From Armatimonadota bacterium (GTDB lineage: Bacteria; Armatimonadota; UBA5829; DSUL01), in the NCBI GenBank assembly GCA_039811685.1, contig JBDHZC010000009.1, positions 72,153 through 136,152 on the forward strand: a stretch of 64,000 nt of DNA. The letters are read 5' to 3'. The notes below the pieces were generated by a model. It ran no database searches. It was not told where the DNA came from and saw only the letters and a program-made list of their open reading frames with translations. Numbering within the stretch: position 1 is the stretch's first letter; each line of letters opens with the position of its first letter. Below, piece by piece: positions 37,080 through 46,642 of the stretch. The position numbers and the translations under genes were made by a program.

Positions 37080-37201
37080 GCCCGGCGATTGAAATCGCGG
37101 CTGCGAAACGAAGTCTCCCTTCGGAGACTGTCTGGCTCCTCAACTAACGCCCCCCGGCGATTGAAATCGCGGTTGCGAAACGAAGTCTCCCTTCGGAGAC
37201 T
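37080..37201. repeat. REP cluster D (two units, 72-bp period)
   Basis: CCCGGCGATTGAAATCGCGG(C/T)TGCGAAACGAAGTCTCCCTTCGGAGACT x2. Confidence 0.88.
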
Positions 37202-37260
37202 GCTGGACGCTTCAAGTCATCTCTGTAGTCGGTACGGGACGCTCTCTTTCGGCTCTTTGA

Positions 37261-38979
37261 CTATCCGGAATAGATCACTCGCAGAGACTCCTCAAGGGTG
37301 GTCATCCCGAGCAGAATTTTCTCCATCGCGTCATCGCGCAGGGTTTTCATTCCCTGCTCCACAGCGGCTTCCTTGACCGCGTACGACGATGCCCGCGCCA
37401 GAATCAGATCTCGCAACTGGTCAGTGATGGGCATCAGTTCGTAGATGCCGATGCGGCCTTTGTAGCCGATTCCCTTACAATGCCCGCAGCCCTTGCCGCG
37501 GAAAAACGTGAGCTTGTCAGGGTCATCCACCTGCATTCCCAGGCGCTTGATAGCGTCGGGCGGCGGCTGATAGGATTCCTTGCACTTCGGGCAGATGGTG
37601 CGCAGGAGCCTCTGGGCGTTAACCCCGATCAGCGCGGAGGCGATCAGAAACGGCTCGATACCCATGTCCACCAGACGCGTGATAGCTCCGGAGGCGTCAT
37701 TGGTGTGCAGCGTGGAGAGCACAAGGTGTCCGGTCAGGGCCGCCTCCATGGCGATGAGCGCGGTCTCCTGGTCGCGGATCTCACCCACCATGATGATGTC
37801 CGGGTCCTGGCGCAGCATCGTGCGCAGTCCCGAGGCGAACGTGAGCCCCGCCTTCGGATTTACCATCGTCTGCGTGATGCCTTCGAGGTCGTACTCCACC
37901 GGGTCTTCCAGCGTCAAAATGTTCTTCTCACCCGAGTTCAACTTGGCCAGAATTGAGTAAAGCGTGGTTGACTTACCGGATCCTGTAGGTCCTGTGACCA
38001 GGATGATTCCGTAGGCGCGCGAAATCAGATTCTCAAAGCGCTCCAGAGTGTGCGGCAGAATTCCGAGCTTGTTCAGGCCGACATGGATGCTGCCCTTGTC
38101 CAGAACGCGCATAACGATCTTTTCGCCGTAAACGCTCGGCAGCGTGGAGACGCGGAAATCGTAATCGCGCTCATTCACCCTCGCGGAGATGCGTCCGTCC
38201 TGCGGTGCCCGCTTCTCGGCGATATCCATATCCGCCATAATCTTGAAGCGCGATGTCAACGACCCCTGGGCCTTCTTGGGTACGTCCAGCGCCTCGTGCA
38301 TGATCCCGTCAATCCGGAAGCGGACTTTCAGGATGCTCTTTTGTGGCTCCATGTGCAGGTCGCTGGCGCCGTCCGAGATTGCCCGCGAAATAATCATGTT
38401 GGCCAGCTTGATGATCGGAGCTTCTTCGGACAAAGTCCGCAACTGCTCGATCGACTCTTCTTCTTCCTTTTCGTGCTCCGTAATATCAACCAGGTCGGAG
38501 CTGATGTCGCGGATAACGTCAGAGACAACAGCGCTGACTTCGGTTTCGGAGCGATAGGCGCGGTTGAGCGCCTGGACAACGTCCTCTTCCGTGGCGATGA
38601 CCGGTTCGATCTCCGCTCCGGTGATGAGGCGGATCTCGTCGATGGCGAAGATATCCAGCGGATTCTTCATCGCCAGGGTGAGCTTGCCGTTCTCTCTGGC
38701 GAGAGGGACGACTTTGTAGCGTCTGGCGATGGACTGCGCGAGGGATTTGACGGCGTCGGTGTCCAGGGGATAGTCCGCCAGATCGACAAACTTCACACCC
38801 CACTGATCGCCCAGGCAGCGCACGCGATCCCGCTCGGTGATAAGCCCCATGCTGACGAGCATGTCTCCGAGCGACTGATCGCGGTTGATGTGTCCCTGTT
38901 TCGCGAGGACATCGGCGAGCTGCTCTTCAGTTATAAGACCTGATCTTACGAAGATCGCGCCGATACCGCGAAGTTCCAT
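37261..38979 (-). CDS. pilB: Type IV pilus extension ATPase PilB with MshEN-type N-terminus
   Basis: SDLH.EP, PQDG, GPTGSGKSTT, LRQDPD, tetracysteine CPKC/CGHC; N-terminal 'IG..F...GLIT..QL...L..Q' repeat. Confidence 0.93.
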   Translation of the reverse strand: MELRGIGAIFVRSGLITEEQLADVLAKQGHINRDQSLGDMLVSMGLITERDRVRCLGDQWGVKFVDLADYPLDTDAVKSLAQSIARRYKVVPLARENGKLTLAMKNPLDIFAIDEIRLITGAEIEPVIATEEDVVQALNRAYRSETEVSAVVSDVIRDISSDLVDITEHEKEEEESIEQLRTLSEEAPIIKLANMIISRAISDGASDLHMEPQKSILKVRFRIDGIMHEALDVPKKAQGSLTSRFKIMADMDIAEKRAPQDGRISARVNERDYDFRVSTLPSVYGEKIVMRVLDKGSIHVGLNKLGILPHTLERFENLISRAYGIILVTGPTGSGKSTTLYSILAKLNSGEKNILTLEDPVEYDLEGITQTMVNPKAGLTFASGLRTMLRQDPDIIMVGEIRDQETALIAMEAALTGHLVLSTLHTNDASGAITRLVDMGIEPFLIASALIGVNAQRLLRTICPKCKESYQPPPDAIKRLGMQVDDPDKLTFFRGKGCGHCKGIGYKGRIGIYELMPITDQLRDLILARASSYAVKEAAVEQGMKTLRDDAMEKILLGMTTLEESLRVIYSG

Positions 38980-39175
38980 GCTTGCTGCGTCCCAGAGTAT
39001 AACGTTCGGTCGAGGCTGCTATCGCCGTCTTGAGACTGTCGCCGCCGTGGCGGCAGCCTTAAGAAAGCGACTTCTGTCTGCCGCCCCCCTGCCGTGACCT
39101 GGTAAAGTGGGCAGGGGAGCCGGTCCCTGCGCCCCCCGGAGAAGCAGAGGGGCGCAGGTGTTTCAGACAGGCGTA

Positions 39176-42100
39176 TTACACGTCCTTTAGAATGGTGGAG
39201 GTGATGAAGATCATCAGCTCCCGCTTGCTGGAGCTCTTGTCGCGATGGCGGAAGAGCTGTCCCAGGAACGGCAGATCGCTCAGATACGGGATCTTTGTCA
39301 GCGTGTTGCTTTCGGTCTGGCTGATAAGCCCGCCGATGACAATGGTCTGCCCGCTCTTGACGCGGATTGTCGAGTCCGCATAGCGGGTCGCCACCTGTGG
39401 CAGAGTGATGCCGGTTCGCGGGTCGGTGATGAAGGTGGGCGTGCTGGCCTCCGGATGGATGCGCATGGTCACGCGGTCACCGGCCACGTCAATCAGCGGC
39501 ATGCACTGCAGATCGACACCAGCGCTGACGTTGCCCGTGGTCACCGTCGTTCCGTTGGAGTTGGCCTGGATGCTTTCAATGTAGCGAATCACGTCGCCGA
39601 TGAAGATTCGGGCCTGCTGTCCGTCCAGCACGGATATCTTCGGGCTGGCCAGAATGTTGCCGTTCACGTTGACGACTTTTCCGTCAATGGTCGCGGTCAG
39701 ACGGGTGGGCAGCATGCTAAGGTTCGGATTGACCTGCTCCGGCTGGCTGAGTGAGTCCAGATTCCCGACGTTGTTCACAACGCCGACCGTGTAGCCGTTG
39801 CCGTTCCAGTCGTAGGTGATGCCGAGCTTCTTGCTGTCGCTGGCGTCCACGTCCACGACCTTGGCTTCTATCAGCACCTGCGGAAGAGGCGTGTCAATCT
39901 TGTCCAGAATCGAAAGCGCTCGCTTGACCAGCGCTGTCGGTCCTGCAAGCACGATGGTGCGCGCTCCGTCACCGCTGCTTGCGTTGCTGTCCTGCGCGGA
40001 GCCACCAGCCGCAGGTGGGGCTGATCCCATGTCGCTGGCGCCTGCGGGCGCTCCTGCGCCTCCGCCCATTCCGCCTGTCGTGCTGCCGGTGCTTCCGGAG
40101 CCGGGCGTCGTCAGGCCGGCCGGGGCCGCTCCCGGGGCGCTCTGGACGCCAGGGACGAGCTTGTCAAGCACCTTCAACAGGTCCTTGGCCTTGCTGTAGC
40201 GGATGCTGTAAACCTCGACAGTCGGGTCGTTGACAGACGGGTCTATCACGGCATCCATGCGGTTTATCATTCCGGCGGCTTCAGCAATCTGATTGGCCGG
40301 ACCGGTCACGATCAGCGTTCTGCCGTTTCCATCCCCGGCGGGAATTGTCGAGGAGAGACTCGGGAACTGAGAGCTGACCAGCTTGAGCATTTCAGAGGAA
40401 GTCGCGTTGTTGAACGCGATAACCTGGGTTGTCGGCAGGTTTGAGCCGCCGGTTGAATCAAAGGCCGCCATGGATTTGTCAGAGGCGACGTAATAGGTGT
40501 TTCCCTCACGCAGCCAGCTATAGCCGGACAGCTTTGTGATGGAGTTCAGAGCGCTTTCGAAGTCCACGTTCTGCAGTGAGACAGTCACGTCTCCCTTGAC
40601 GTCAGTCGCGGTCACAATGTTGGATCCAGACTGCATCGTCAAGGCTTTGAGTACGTCGTTGATGTCGGTGCCCACGAAGTTGAGACTGACCAGTTCTCTG
40701 GGTCTCGCTTCCGCCATTGCTGCGGAGTCGGCCGACGCCATTCGTGTCTTAGCAGAGGCGTACTGTCCGGCGCGAACAGGTCGCTGGGCAGCAGGCGCAG
40801 GTGACGCCGCATGCTCTGCGGCTGGCTCTGCGGCTGGCTCTGCGGCTTTGGCGACAGGCTGGCCAGTGGTGGACGGTTGTTCAGGAGCGTCCTTGACAAC
40901 CACACTCTTTGCCTCACCCGTAGCGGGGTCTGTCGCTTTCAGTTCGGCGGACGGCGGCAGTACATCGCCAGGCTTGAGCTGAGAGGCGTCAATTTCCTCT
41001 TTGACACCGGCAACCTTCGTCTCAATGGCCACGGGCGTCTTGTGGGCGACTGCGGCGACCACAACCGGTCTGGCCGGCTCAGACAGGGCGAACTCATTGT
41101 CCTGAGAAATCTGAGCGGTCTGGACAGTTCCGGGCGCAAAGTGGACGGCGGGCGCTACGGAGAAAAGACGCGGCGCATCCAACGTCCCCATAGCCGGTTC
41201 GACAAGGGCCGTTATCTGTCGGTCGGACGGCCGCGCCAGCGCCATTTCGGTCACCGGAACAGGCTGAGGGATAATTTTGCCAGTCTGGAAGTTTGTCGCA
41301 GGCGCGACGCCCTGGGGGTCCACTACACCCATGGCGGTCTCGGACTGCGTCTGGGCAATGAACTCTTCAGGCACATGCGCGGCGACCATTTCGTCCGGCC
41401 GGCTGGCAGGTTTGTTCGTACCGGCAGCTACTGCCGCCTGCCGGGCCGCTTCGCTCTTCCACACTGTAAGAATGACGGAGTTGTTTCCGGTCGTGTCCAG
41501 ATCGTAGGGCACCTTTTTGGTGACGCTGACGACGACACGGCTCATTGCCGGGCGGCTCTGGAAGAGTCCGGCGTCCACGTGAACGACGTTCTCATTCAGA
41601 ATGCCCTGCCACACAGGTTTGGTCTTGTAGTCAGCCATAATGCCAAGGCTGATGACGCGGCCGTTGAGTCCGCGGTTGCACCATGCGCCGACTTTGCCGT
41701 CGGTAATGGCTCGAATCTCAACGCGATCCGGCTTGTCGAAGACCTGCATGCCTGTGATCTGCGTTCCCTTTTTGGTCTCAGCAGTCTGAGCTGAGACAGG
41801 CTGCGCAGGCGTCTCAACGCGAGAGATAGACGGCATCTGTGGCAGGCTGGCATTCAGGCTGCCCGGCTTGCCTTTCCACAGCACCCATCTCAGCTGTCCC
41901 GGTTCGGACTTTGAGAGGCTGTAGGCGATCTTTCTGCCTGTGGCCACGGAAACTCTTGAAAGCCCCGGGCCGTTGCCGCTGACGCGGATGTGGCGCACGG
42001 CGTCGTTTCGCAGTCCGGTGTCAACGGGGCGCGCGGCGTACTTCGCGCCAATGTTGAGCACAATCCACTTGCCAGCAGGTGACTGCTGAACGGATGTCCT

Positions 42101-42253
42101 GGCGCTGCCGCTGACGCTTGTGGTAACTTCCACGCGGTCAGACAGATCGCTGACCTTGACGCTGGTTACAGTCGCCGCGGCGGCCAATGTCACGGAGGCG
42201 GATAGAGCCGCTCCCATCAGACTCAACATAATTGCCAGCAGTTTTGCTCGCAT
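39176..42253 (-). CDS. pilQ: PilQ-like secretin with AMIN-like N-terminal domains
   Basis: Signal peptide; N-domains; PQVLIEAKVVD, ILASPKI, SGQTIVIGGL, KIPYLSDLPFLGQLFR. Confidence 0.88.
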   Translation of the reverse strand: MRAKLLAIMLSLMGAALSASVTLAAAATVTSVKVSDLSDRVEVTTSVSGSARTSVQQSPAGKWIVLNIGAKYAARPVDTGLRNDAVRHIRVSGNGPGLSRVSVATGRKIAYSLSKSEPGQLRWVLWKGKPGSLNASLPQMPSISRVETPAQPVSAQTAETKKGTQITGMQVFDKPDRVEIRAITDGKVGAWCNRGLNGRVISLGIMADYKTKPVWQGILNENVVHVDAGLFQSRPAMSRVVVSVTKKVPYDLDTTGNNSVILTVWKSEAARQAAVAAGTNKPASRPDEMVAAHVPEEFIAQTQSETAMGVVDPQGVAPATNFQTGKIIPQPVPVTEMALARPSDRQITALVEPAMGTLDAPRLFSVAPAVHFAPGTVQTAQISQDNEFALSEPARPVVVAAVAHKTPVAIETKVAGVKEEIDASQLKPGDVLPPSAELKATDPATGEAKSVVVKDAPEQPSTTGQPVAKAAEPAAEPAAEHAASPAPAAQRPVRAGQYASAKTRMASADSAAMAEARPRELVSLNFVGTDINDVLKALTMQSGSNIVTATDVKGDVTVSLQNVDFESALNSITKLSGYSWLREGNTYYVASDKSMAAFDSTGGSNLPTTQVIAFNNATSSEMLKLVSSQFPSLSSTIPAGDGNGRTLIVTGPANQIAEAAGMINRMDAVIDPSVNDPTVEVYSIRYSKAKDLLKVLDKLVPGVQSAPGAAPAGLTTPGSGSTGSTTGGMGGGAGAPAGASDMGSAPPAAGGSAQDSNASSGDGARTIVLAGPTALVKRALSILDKIDTPLPQVLIEAKVVDVDASDSKKLGITYDWNGNGYTVGVVNNVGNLDSLSQPEQVNPNLSMLPTRLTATIDGKVVNVNGNILASPKISVLDGQQARIFIGDVIRYIESIQANSNGTTVTTGNVSAGVDLQCMPLIDVAGDRVTMRIHPEASTPTFITDPRTGITLPQVATRYADSTIRVKSGQTIVIGGLISQTESNTLTKIPYLSDLPFLGQLFRHRDKSSSKRELMIFITSTILKDV

Positions 42254-42335
42254 AGTGATGCTCCCTGCAAATGCTCCTCTGGATTGAGACATATGATTTC
42301 CCCACCCGGCATGGCAGACGGGGACGCTCGCCCGT

Positions 42336-43058
42336 TTAGCGAGGCCGATCAGACGCCTTCGCATCTTGCGCTCCTCCTAATTTCAGAAAGACCCTCTGGT
42401 CTTTGTTTTTCAGGACCACCCCGCCGGGGGAGATCATGCTTACAACATAGCCATTGCCAACGCTCTGGCCCTGGCGGACGAAGTAACGGCTTCCGCCCTC
42501 GCCACGGATGATGGCGATATCTTCCTTGCCTCTGACCACGCCTGTCGCCGTATAAGGCGATTGCTGCTCAGACGGGGACATCCCACCGGAGACGCTGGAG
42601 CCAGACGGCCCCTGCACCTGCAGATCCGGGAGTCCCTTAAACTGATAGGGCGCCAGGGAACCTGGCTGTGGGAAGCGCAGTTTTGACCCATTTGCGGCCT
42701 TGGACGTCCGCGAGCGCTTCGCTGGTTCGGGCGGCGCGGAGGGTGGGGCCTTTATGAACCCGCCATGCGCTTCGCCGGGCATTGCTCCCTGCATTTGAGG
42801 AGCGAAAGGATCGCGCGGAGGGTTGCCCACAAAGTGGTACTGGGCGCCTTCGCCGTCGTCTGCCGGAGCCGCCATTGCCTGCTGGGGCTCAGAAGTCCCA
42901 TCGGCGGTTTTTCCGGCGCCTGCTTCCTGCGTCTGCTGCGCCGGGGCCGCCGCCTGGCCGGAAGACAACGATTTCTTCACGGAATACAGCACGGCCAGCA
43001 GCAGCACCGCGGACAGCGCGATCAATACTGGAACCTGGTTTTTCTTCTCAGATGGCAT
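42336..43058 (-). CDS. PilP-like pilus assembly protein
   Basis: N-terminal TM, RDPF motif, C-terminal 'TGVV.G....AII....RYFVR.GQ' beta domain; between pilO and pilQ. Confidence 0.65.
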   Translation of the reverse strand: MPSEKKNQVPVLIALSAVLLLAVLYSVKKSLSSGQAAAPAQQTQEAGAGKTADGTSEPQQAMAAPADDGEGAQYHFVGNPPRDPFAPQMQGAMPGEAHGGFIKAPPSAPPEPAKRSRTSKAANGSKLRFPQPGSLAPYQFKGLPDLQVQGPSGSSVSGGMSPSEQQSPYTATGVVRGKEDIAIIRGEGGSRYFVRQGQSVGNGYVVSMISPGGVVLKNKDQRVFLKLGGAQDAKASDRPR

Positions 43059-43161
43059 TGTTCAGTAGCTCTCAATGTCAGACCGCACCCCTGAGGGGGC
43101 GGCCATCAATGTCAGTCCAAGCCCGTAGTCAGAGCTCGGTGGCTAAACCATGTTCGGTTGT

Positions 43162-43896
43162 TCACACGTCTGGCTGAAGGGCTATGCCGCTGCCAGCTGG
43201 TGTCTGGGCCGTCTTTTTGACATCCGGTTCCCCCTGCTGCGGATTCTTCGGAGCGTCCAGAACGAAGGCTGTCACGTTGATCTTGATGTCCAGCCGTCCC
43301 GTGGCGTCAATCCTGGAGCCTCCCCCGATAGGGCTCATTTCCACCGAGTTGACGGTCATAATCTTCGGAAATGTCGTCAGGCGGTAGAGAAAGCTCAGGG
43401 CGTTTGAGTAGCTGCCCTGAAAACTGATGTCGATGCGCTGCTCTTCGTAGGGAGGTTTGGCGGCCTTGGGTTTGGGCGTCTGCTCTTCTGCCTTGCTGTC
43501 GCTGTTGTTCTCGGCAGCGGGTTTGGACTGCTGCGGAGCTTCCACAGGCTGCACCACCGGGCGCACAGCCACCACCTTTAGATCAACAGAGCGTCCGAGC
43601 GCTTCGAGCTGTTTGAGTAGTGTGGGAACGTAGGCTCTGGTGGAGACAGACTTCTCCAGGTAGTGCAGCTCCTTCTGAGAGTTGAAGTAGCGTTCCTGGG
43701 CGAGGTCCACCTTTCCCGCGTTGGTTTCACACTCCTGAGCCTGCGCTTTGCGCTGTGTCAATTCGGCGTTAGCCGCGTTGATCCGGCTCATGCCAAAGAG
43801 CGCAACGCCGCACAGCGCCAGAAACGCAATGCCTGACGTGGCCGTCAGCAGCATCACAGAGTTGCGCGTGGGTTCAAGATTTAGTCTGGTTCGCAT
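43162..43896 (-). CDS. pilO: Type IV pilus assembly protein PilO
   Basis: TM plus coiled coil, 'I.F.GSY.....FL..L..FP.I'; synteny. Confidence 0.82.
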   Translation of the reverse strand: MRTRLNLEPTRNSVMLLTATSGIAFLALCGVALFGMSRINAANAELTQRKAQAQECETNAGKVDLAQERYFNSQKELHYLEKSVSTRAYVPTLLKQLEALGRSVDLKVVAVRPVVQPVEAPQQSKPAAENNSDSKAEEQTPKPKAAKPPYEEQRIDISFQGSYSNALSFLYRLTTFPKIMTVNSVEMSPIGGGSRIDATGRLDIKINVTAFVLDAPKNPQQGEPDVKKTAQTPAGSGIALQPDV

Positions 43897-44536
43897 TTGC
43901 CTCTCCTTCCGCCGGGGCGTTGGCCTTCTGCGTGGCGGTATCCACAAAGATGGCCGGCAGATCCTTGATATTGGTGGCGACCTCAAACTCGACTGTCGGA
44001 GTTTCGCCAATCTTGCCTTCCTGCGTGTAGTGCAGCTCCACTTTGTCCAAAAGCGCGGAGTAGCGGTTCAGGCTGAGCATGGTTTCGCCGACCAGCTTTT
44101 GGCTGAGCGTGATCCCCTGCACATTCACTACGGCGTTAGGCGGGGGCGTGCCCGGCTGCTGGACCTGCTGGCCTGTTGCCGGAGAGATTCTCGTCAGCCA
44201 GGTGTTTTCAGGCAGACTGCGCGCAACCACCTGGAGGTAGGAGTACCACCTCAGCGTATGCTCGCGTGACTCCCCGTAGAGGTTGATCTTCGGCTGCAGG
44301 GCCGCCGTCTGTTTGTCGAACTCCTCCACCTTGTCTATTCTGGGTTGGAGCTTCTGGATTTGAGAATCCAGCGACGTTATCTCCCCTCTAATCCGGAACC
44401 ACTGGGCGGAGAGCATGAAAAACAGCAGCCCGGTGGCGACGACAAGGGTACTTGTCAGAAGAAAGAGCCTGCGGATTAGCCGTTCGAGCCTGGCTTTCTC
44501 CTGTCTTTTCTGTGCTATCAGGTTAATGTTGGGCAT
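43874..44536 (-). CDS. pilN: Type IV pilus assembly protein PilN
   Basis: MPNINLI motif, TM, coiled coil, 'LP...WLT'. Confidence 0.87.
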   Translation of the reverse strand: MPNINLIAQKRQEKARLERLIRRLFLLTSTLVVATGLLFFMLSAQWFRIRGEITSLDSQIQKLQPRIDKVEEFDKQTAALQPKINLYGESREHTLRWYSYLQVVARSLPENTWLTRISPATGQQVQQPGTPPPNAVVNVQGITLSQKLVGETMLSLNRYSALLDKVELHYTQEGKIGETPTVEFEVATNIKDLPAIFVDTATQKANAPAEGEANANQTKS

Positions 44537-44609
44537 AGTCTTAAGTTCCGCTTAGTCTGAGTCGCATAGCAGAGCGCGACCCGATGGCTTTGAGCCGGAC
44601 TGTGGTCTG

Positions 44610-46376
44610 TCAGGCCGCCTTGTCGGTTGACTGACCGGGTACTGTCTCCTCTGGTGATCCTTCAGCAGAAGCGGCCGTCTGGTCGTCGGCGGCATGCTCG
44701 GCTGTTGCGCGCGTGACACGCTTGCGTTTCTTCGCAGGCGTTTCTTCCGAATCTGGCTGTGCGGCGGCTTCGGGCGCGCCGCTCGCTTTGAGCAGTTTGC
44801 TCTCCTCCCCGGGGGCAACCGGGTGAGAGTCGTGCAGCTTTTTCAGCGCCTGTGCCAGCGCGTCTTCGGCTTCGGGTTTGCGCTGCGCTGTTTGAGCCTC
44901 AGGAGCCGGCCTGACAGCGGCTTCACCTGGGACTGGCCCCTGAGCCGCCTGCGGCGCTGGCGTCACCGGAGCGCCTGGAGCACCGCTGTGCGGTGGGGCG
45001 GACGGCTGAGCCTGCGCATGCGCGGCTGGCTGAGGCTGAGAAGGTTGTGCAGTTGGCTGTGGCGCAGGGGGTCGCGGTGTCTGCGGCGCCTGATGTTGCG
45101 CCGGACCCGGCGCTGCGGGTGATGAAATTGACGTTTGAGCCGCCGGAGGCGGTTGAATGTTCGGCGCGGGCTGACGCGGACCGTGGTAGCCTTCGGGCTG
45201 AGCTGCCGTTTGCTCAGTCTGATCCGGGGCTTGGGCAGCCTGCGGTTGCGCGGAGTGCGCTCTTGAAGGCGGCGCGGCGTCTTTCAGCGCCAGACCCGCA
45301 GCGATTCCAAAAAGCGGCCCATCGCTTTTGGCGTCTTCTTCTGTCAGACTGCCGCGCTGAATGACGCCATCGCTCAGTAGGTTCAGAAGCCGCGCTCGCA
45401 CGCCGAGCTTGGCCGAGATATAGTCCGCAAGTCCACTCATCCGCGAAGTCCCGCCAGTCAGCAGAAGCCGGCTGACCGTCTTTTGCTGCTGGTTATCCGG
45501 GAACTGAGACTGGAAGTAGTGGAGTGAGCGCCTGATCTCCCGGAGAAGCTCATCCAGCAGGGGCTGGATAGCGCGAGCGGCCTTTACGAGATTCTCATCC
45601 GGGGTTTCGGTGGATGCGGCAAGTTTCGGGCCGATATGCACGGCCTGCTTGAGCGCTTCCGCCTGCGCGTCCTCACAGTTGATAAGCGACTTGATGGCTT
45701 GGGTGAGGCTGTTTCCGGCAATCGGAATGTTGCGGGTAAGAGCGAAGCGCCCTTCAGAAACTATGTTGAGATCCGTGTGCCCTGCGCCCATATCCAGCAG
45801 GGCCACTGTATCCTGCGCGATGCTCGGGTCCTGCGAATGCTCAACAAGTGAACGGATCAGGGAGAAGGCCTCGACGTCCACAACAAGCGGCTCCAGCCCC
45901 ACCCTTTCAATAACCGCGACACGGGACTCAATCAAATCCCGCGGAGCCGCCACGAGCATGACCTGCATCTGCCCGTCGGCGGTCTCGTGGTCGATAATTT
46001 CAAACTCTACAATGCTGTCTTCGACGTTGGCGGAGATGTACTTGGCCGCTTCAAAGCGGATAGACTTGCGCAGGACGGCTTCCGACATCTTTGGAAGCTG
46101 AACCTGTCGCACCAGTACCTGCGACCCGGAGACTGCCGCCAGAGCGCCGCTCGCGTGGATATCCGCCCCGCGCAGCGCGTCCTTGACAGCCGTGGCCACC
46201 GCGTCGATATCCGTCACCATACCGTCGTGACACGTGCCGGGAGGCGTCGGATGCACGACAGCTCGCGATACACGCCAGCTTCCGCCGGAGGCTTCGATCT
46301 GCATGATTTTGATCAGGACGCTCCCGATGTCTATGCTAATCGTCCGGTCTTTACCAAACAGGTGGGAAAGTGCCAC
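44610..46376 (-). CDS. pilM: Type IV pilus assembly protein PilM with long Pro/Gln/Ala-rich tail
   Basis: IDIGS..IK, LDMGAGHT, EIRRSL.YF, LTGG, GLALK. Confidence 0.9.
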   Translation of the reverse strand: MALSHLFGKDRTISIDIGSVLIKIMQIEASGGSWRVSRAVVHPTPPGTCHDGMVTDIDAVATAVKDALRGADIHASGALAAVSGSQVLVRQVQLPKMSEAVLRKSIRFEAAKYISANVEDSIVEFEIIDHETADGQMQVMLVAAPRDLIESRVAVIERVGLEPLVVDVEAFSLIRSLVEHSQDPSIAQDTVALLDMGAGHTDLNIVSEGRFALTRNIPIAGNSLTQAIKSLINCEDAQAEALKQAVHIGPKLAASTETPDENLVKAARAIQPLLDELLREIRRSLHYFQSQFPDNQQQKTVSRLLLTGGTSRMSGLADYISAKLGVRARLLNLLSDGVIQRGSLTEEDAKSDGPLFGIAAGLALKDAAPPSRAHSAQPQAAQAPDQTEQTAAQPEGYHGPRQPAPNIQPPPAAQTSISSPAAPGPAQHQAPQTPRPPAPQPTAQPSQPQPAAHAQAQPSAPPHSGAPGAPVTPAPQAAQGPVPGEAAVRPAPEAQTAQRKPEAEDALAQALKKLHDSHPVAPGEESKLLKASGAPEAAAQPDSEETPAKKRKRVTRATAEHAADDQTAASAEGSPEETVPGQSTDKAA

Positions 46377-46579
46377 TCGTAATCTCCTTCTGACGGCTGG
46401 ACGGACAATTCCCCTACCGCACGGGGGTTGATTGTGTCCCTGTACAAATGAGCTTCCGAAGCGCCACCGTCAGAAGGCTCACAGCCGTCACTGTCTGTAC
46501 CAGTCGCAGATGTCGAGTGCGCCTCGAACCGTGTATGGCAGGCTGTCCTGCCTGCTGGCGCAGCGACTCCGCAATAAGA

Positions 46580-46606
46580 GTATCGGCAGGCGCGGGAGAT
46601 TCTGGA
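46580..46606 (-). promoter_or_regulatory. sigma28-like promoter upstream of pilM
   Basis: Minus strand TCCA-N15-GCCGATAC, ~200 bp upstream of the pilM start. Confidence 0.4.
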
Positions 46607-46642
46607 GAGTTGCGTTTGCAGAAAAGGGGCGAGGAAAGCGGA

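Noticed and set aside
36918..37376. 152-aa ORF with repeated RRLKSRLRNEVSLRRL
   Set aside because: Translation of REP cluster D, antisense to the pil operon.
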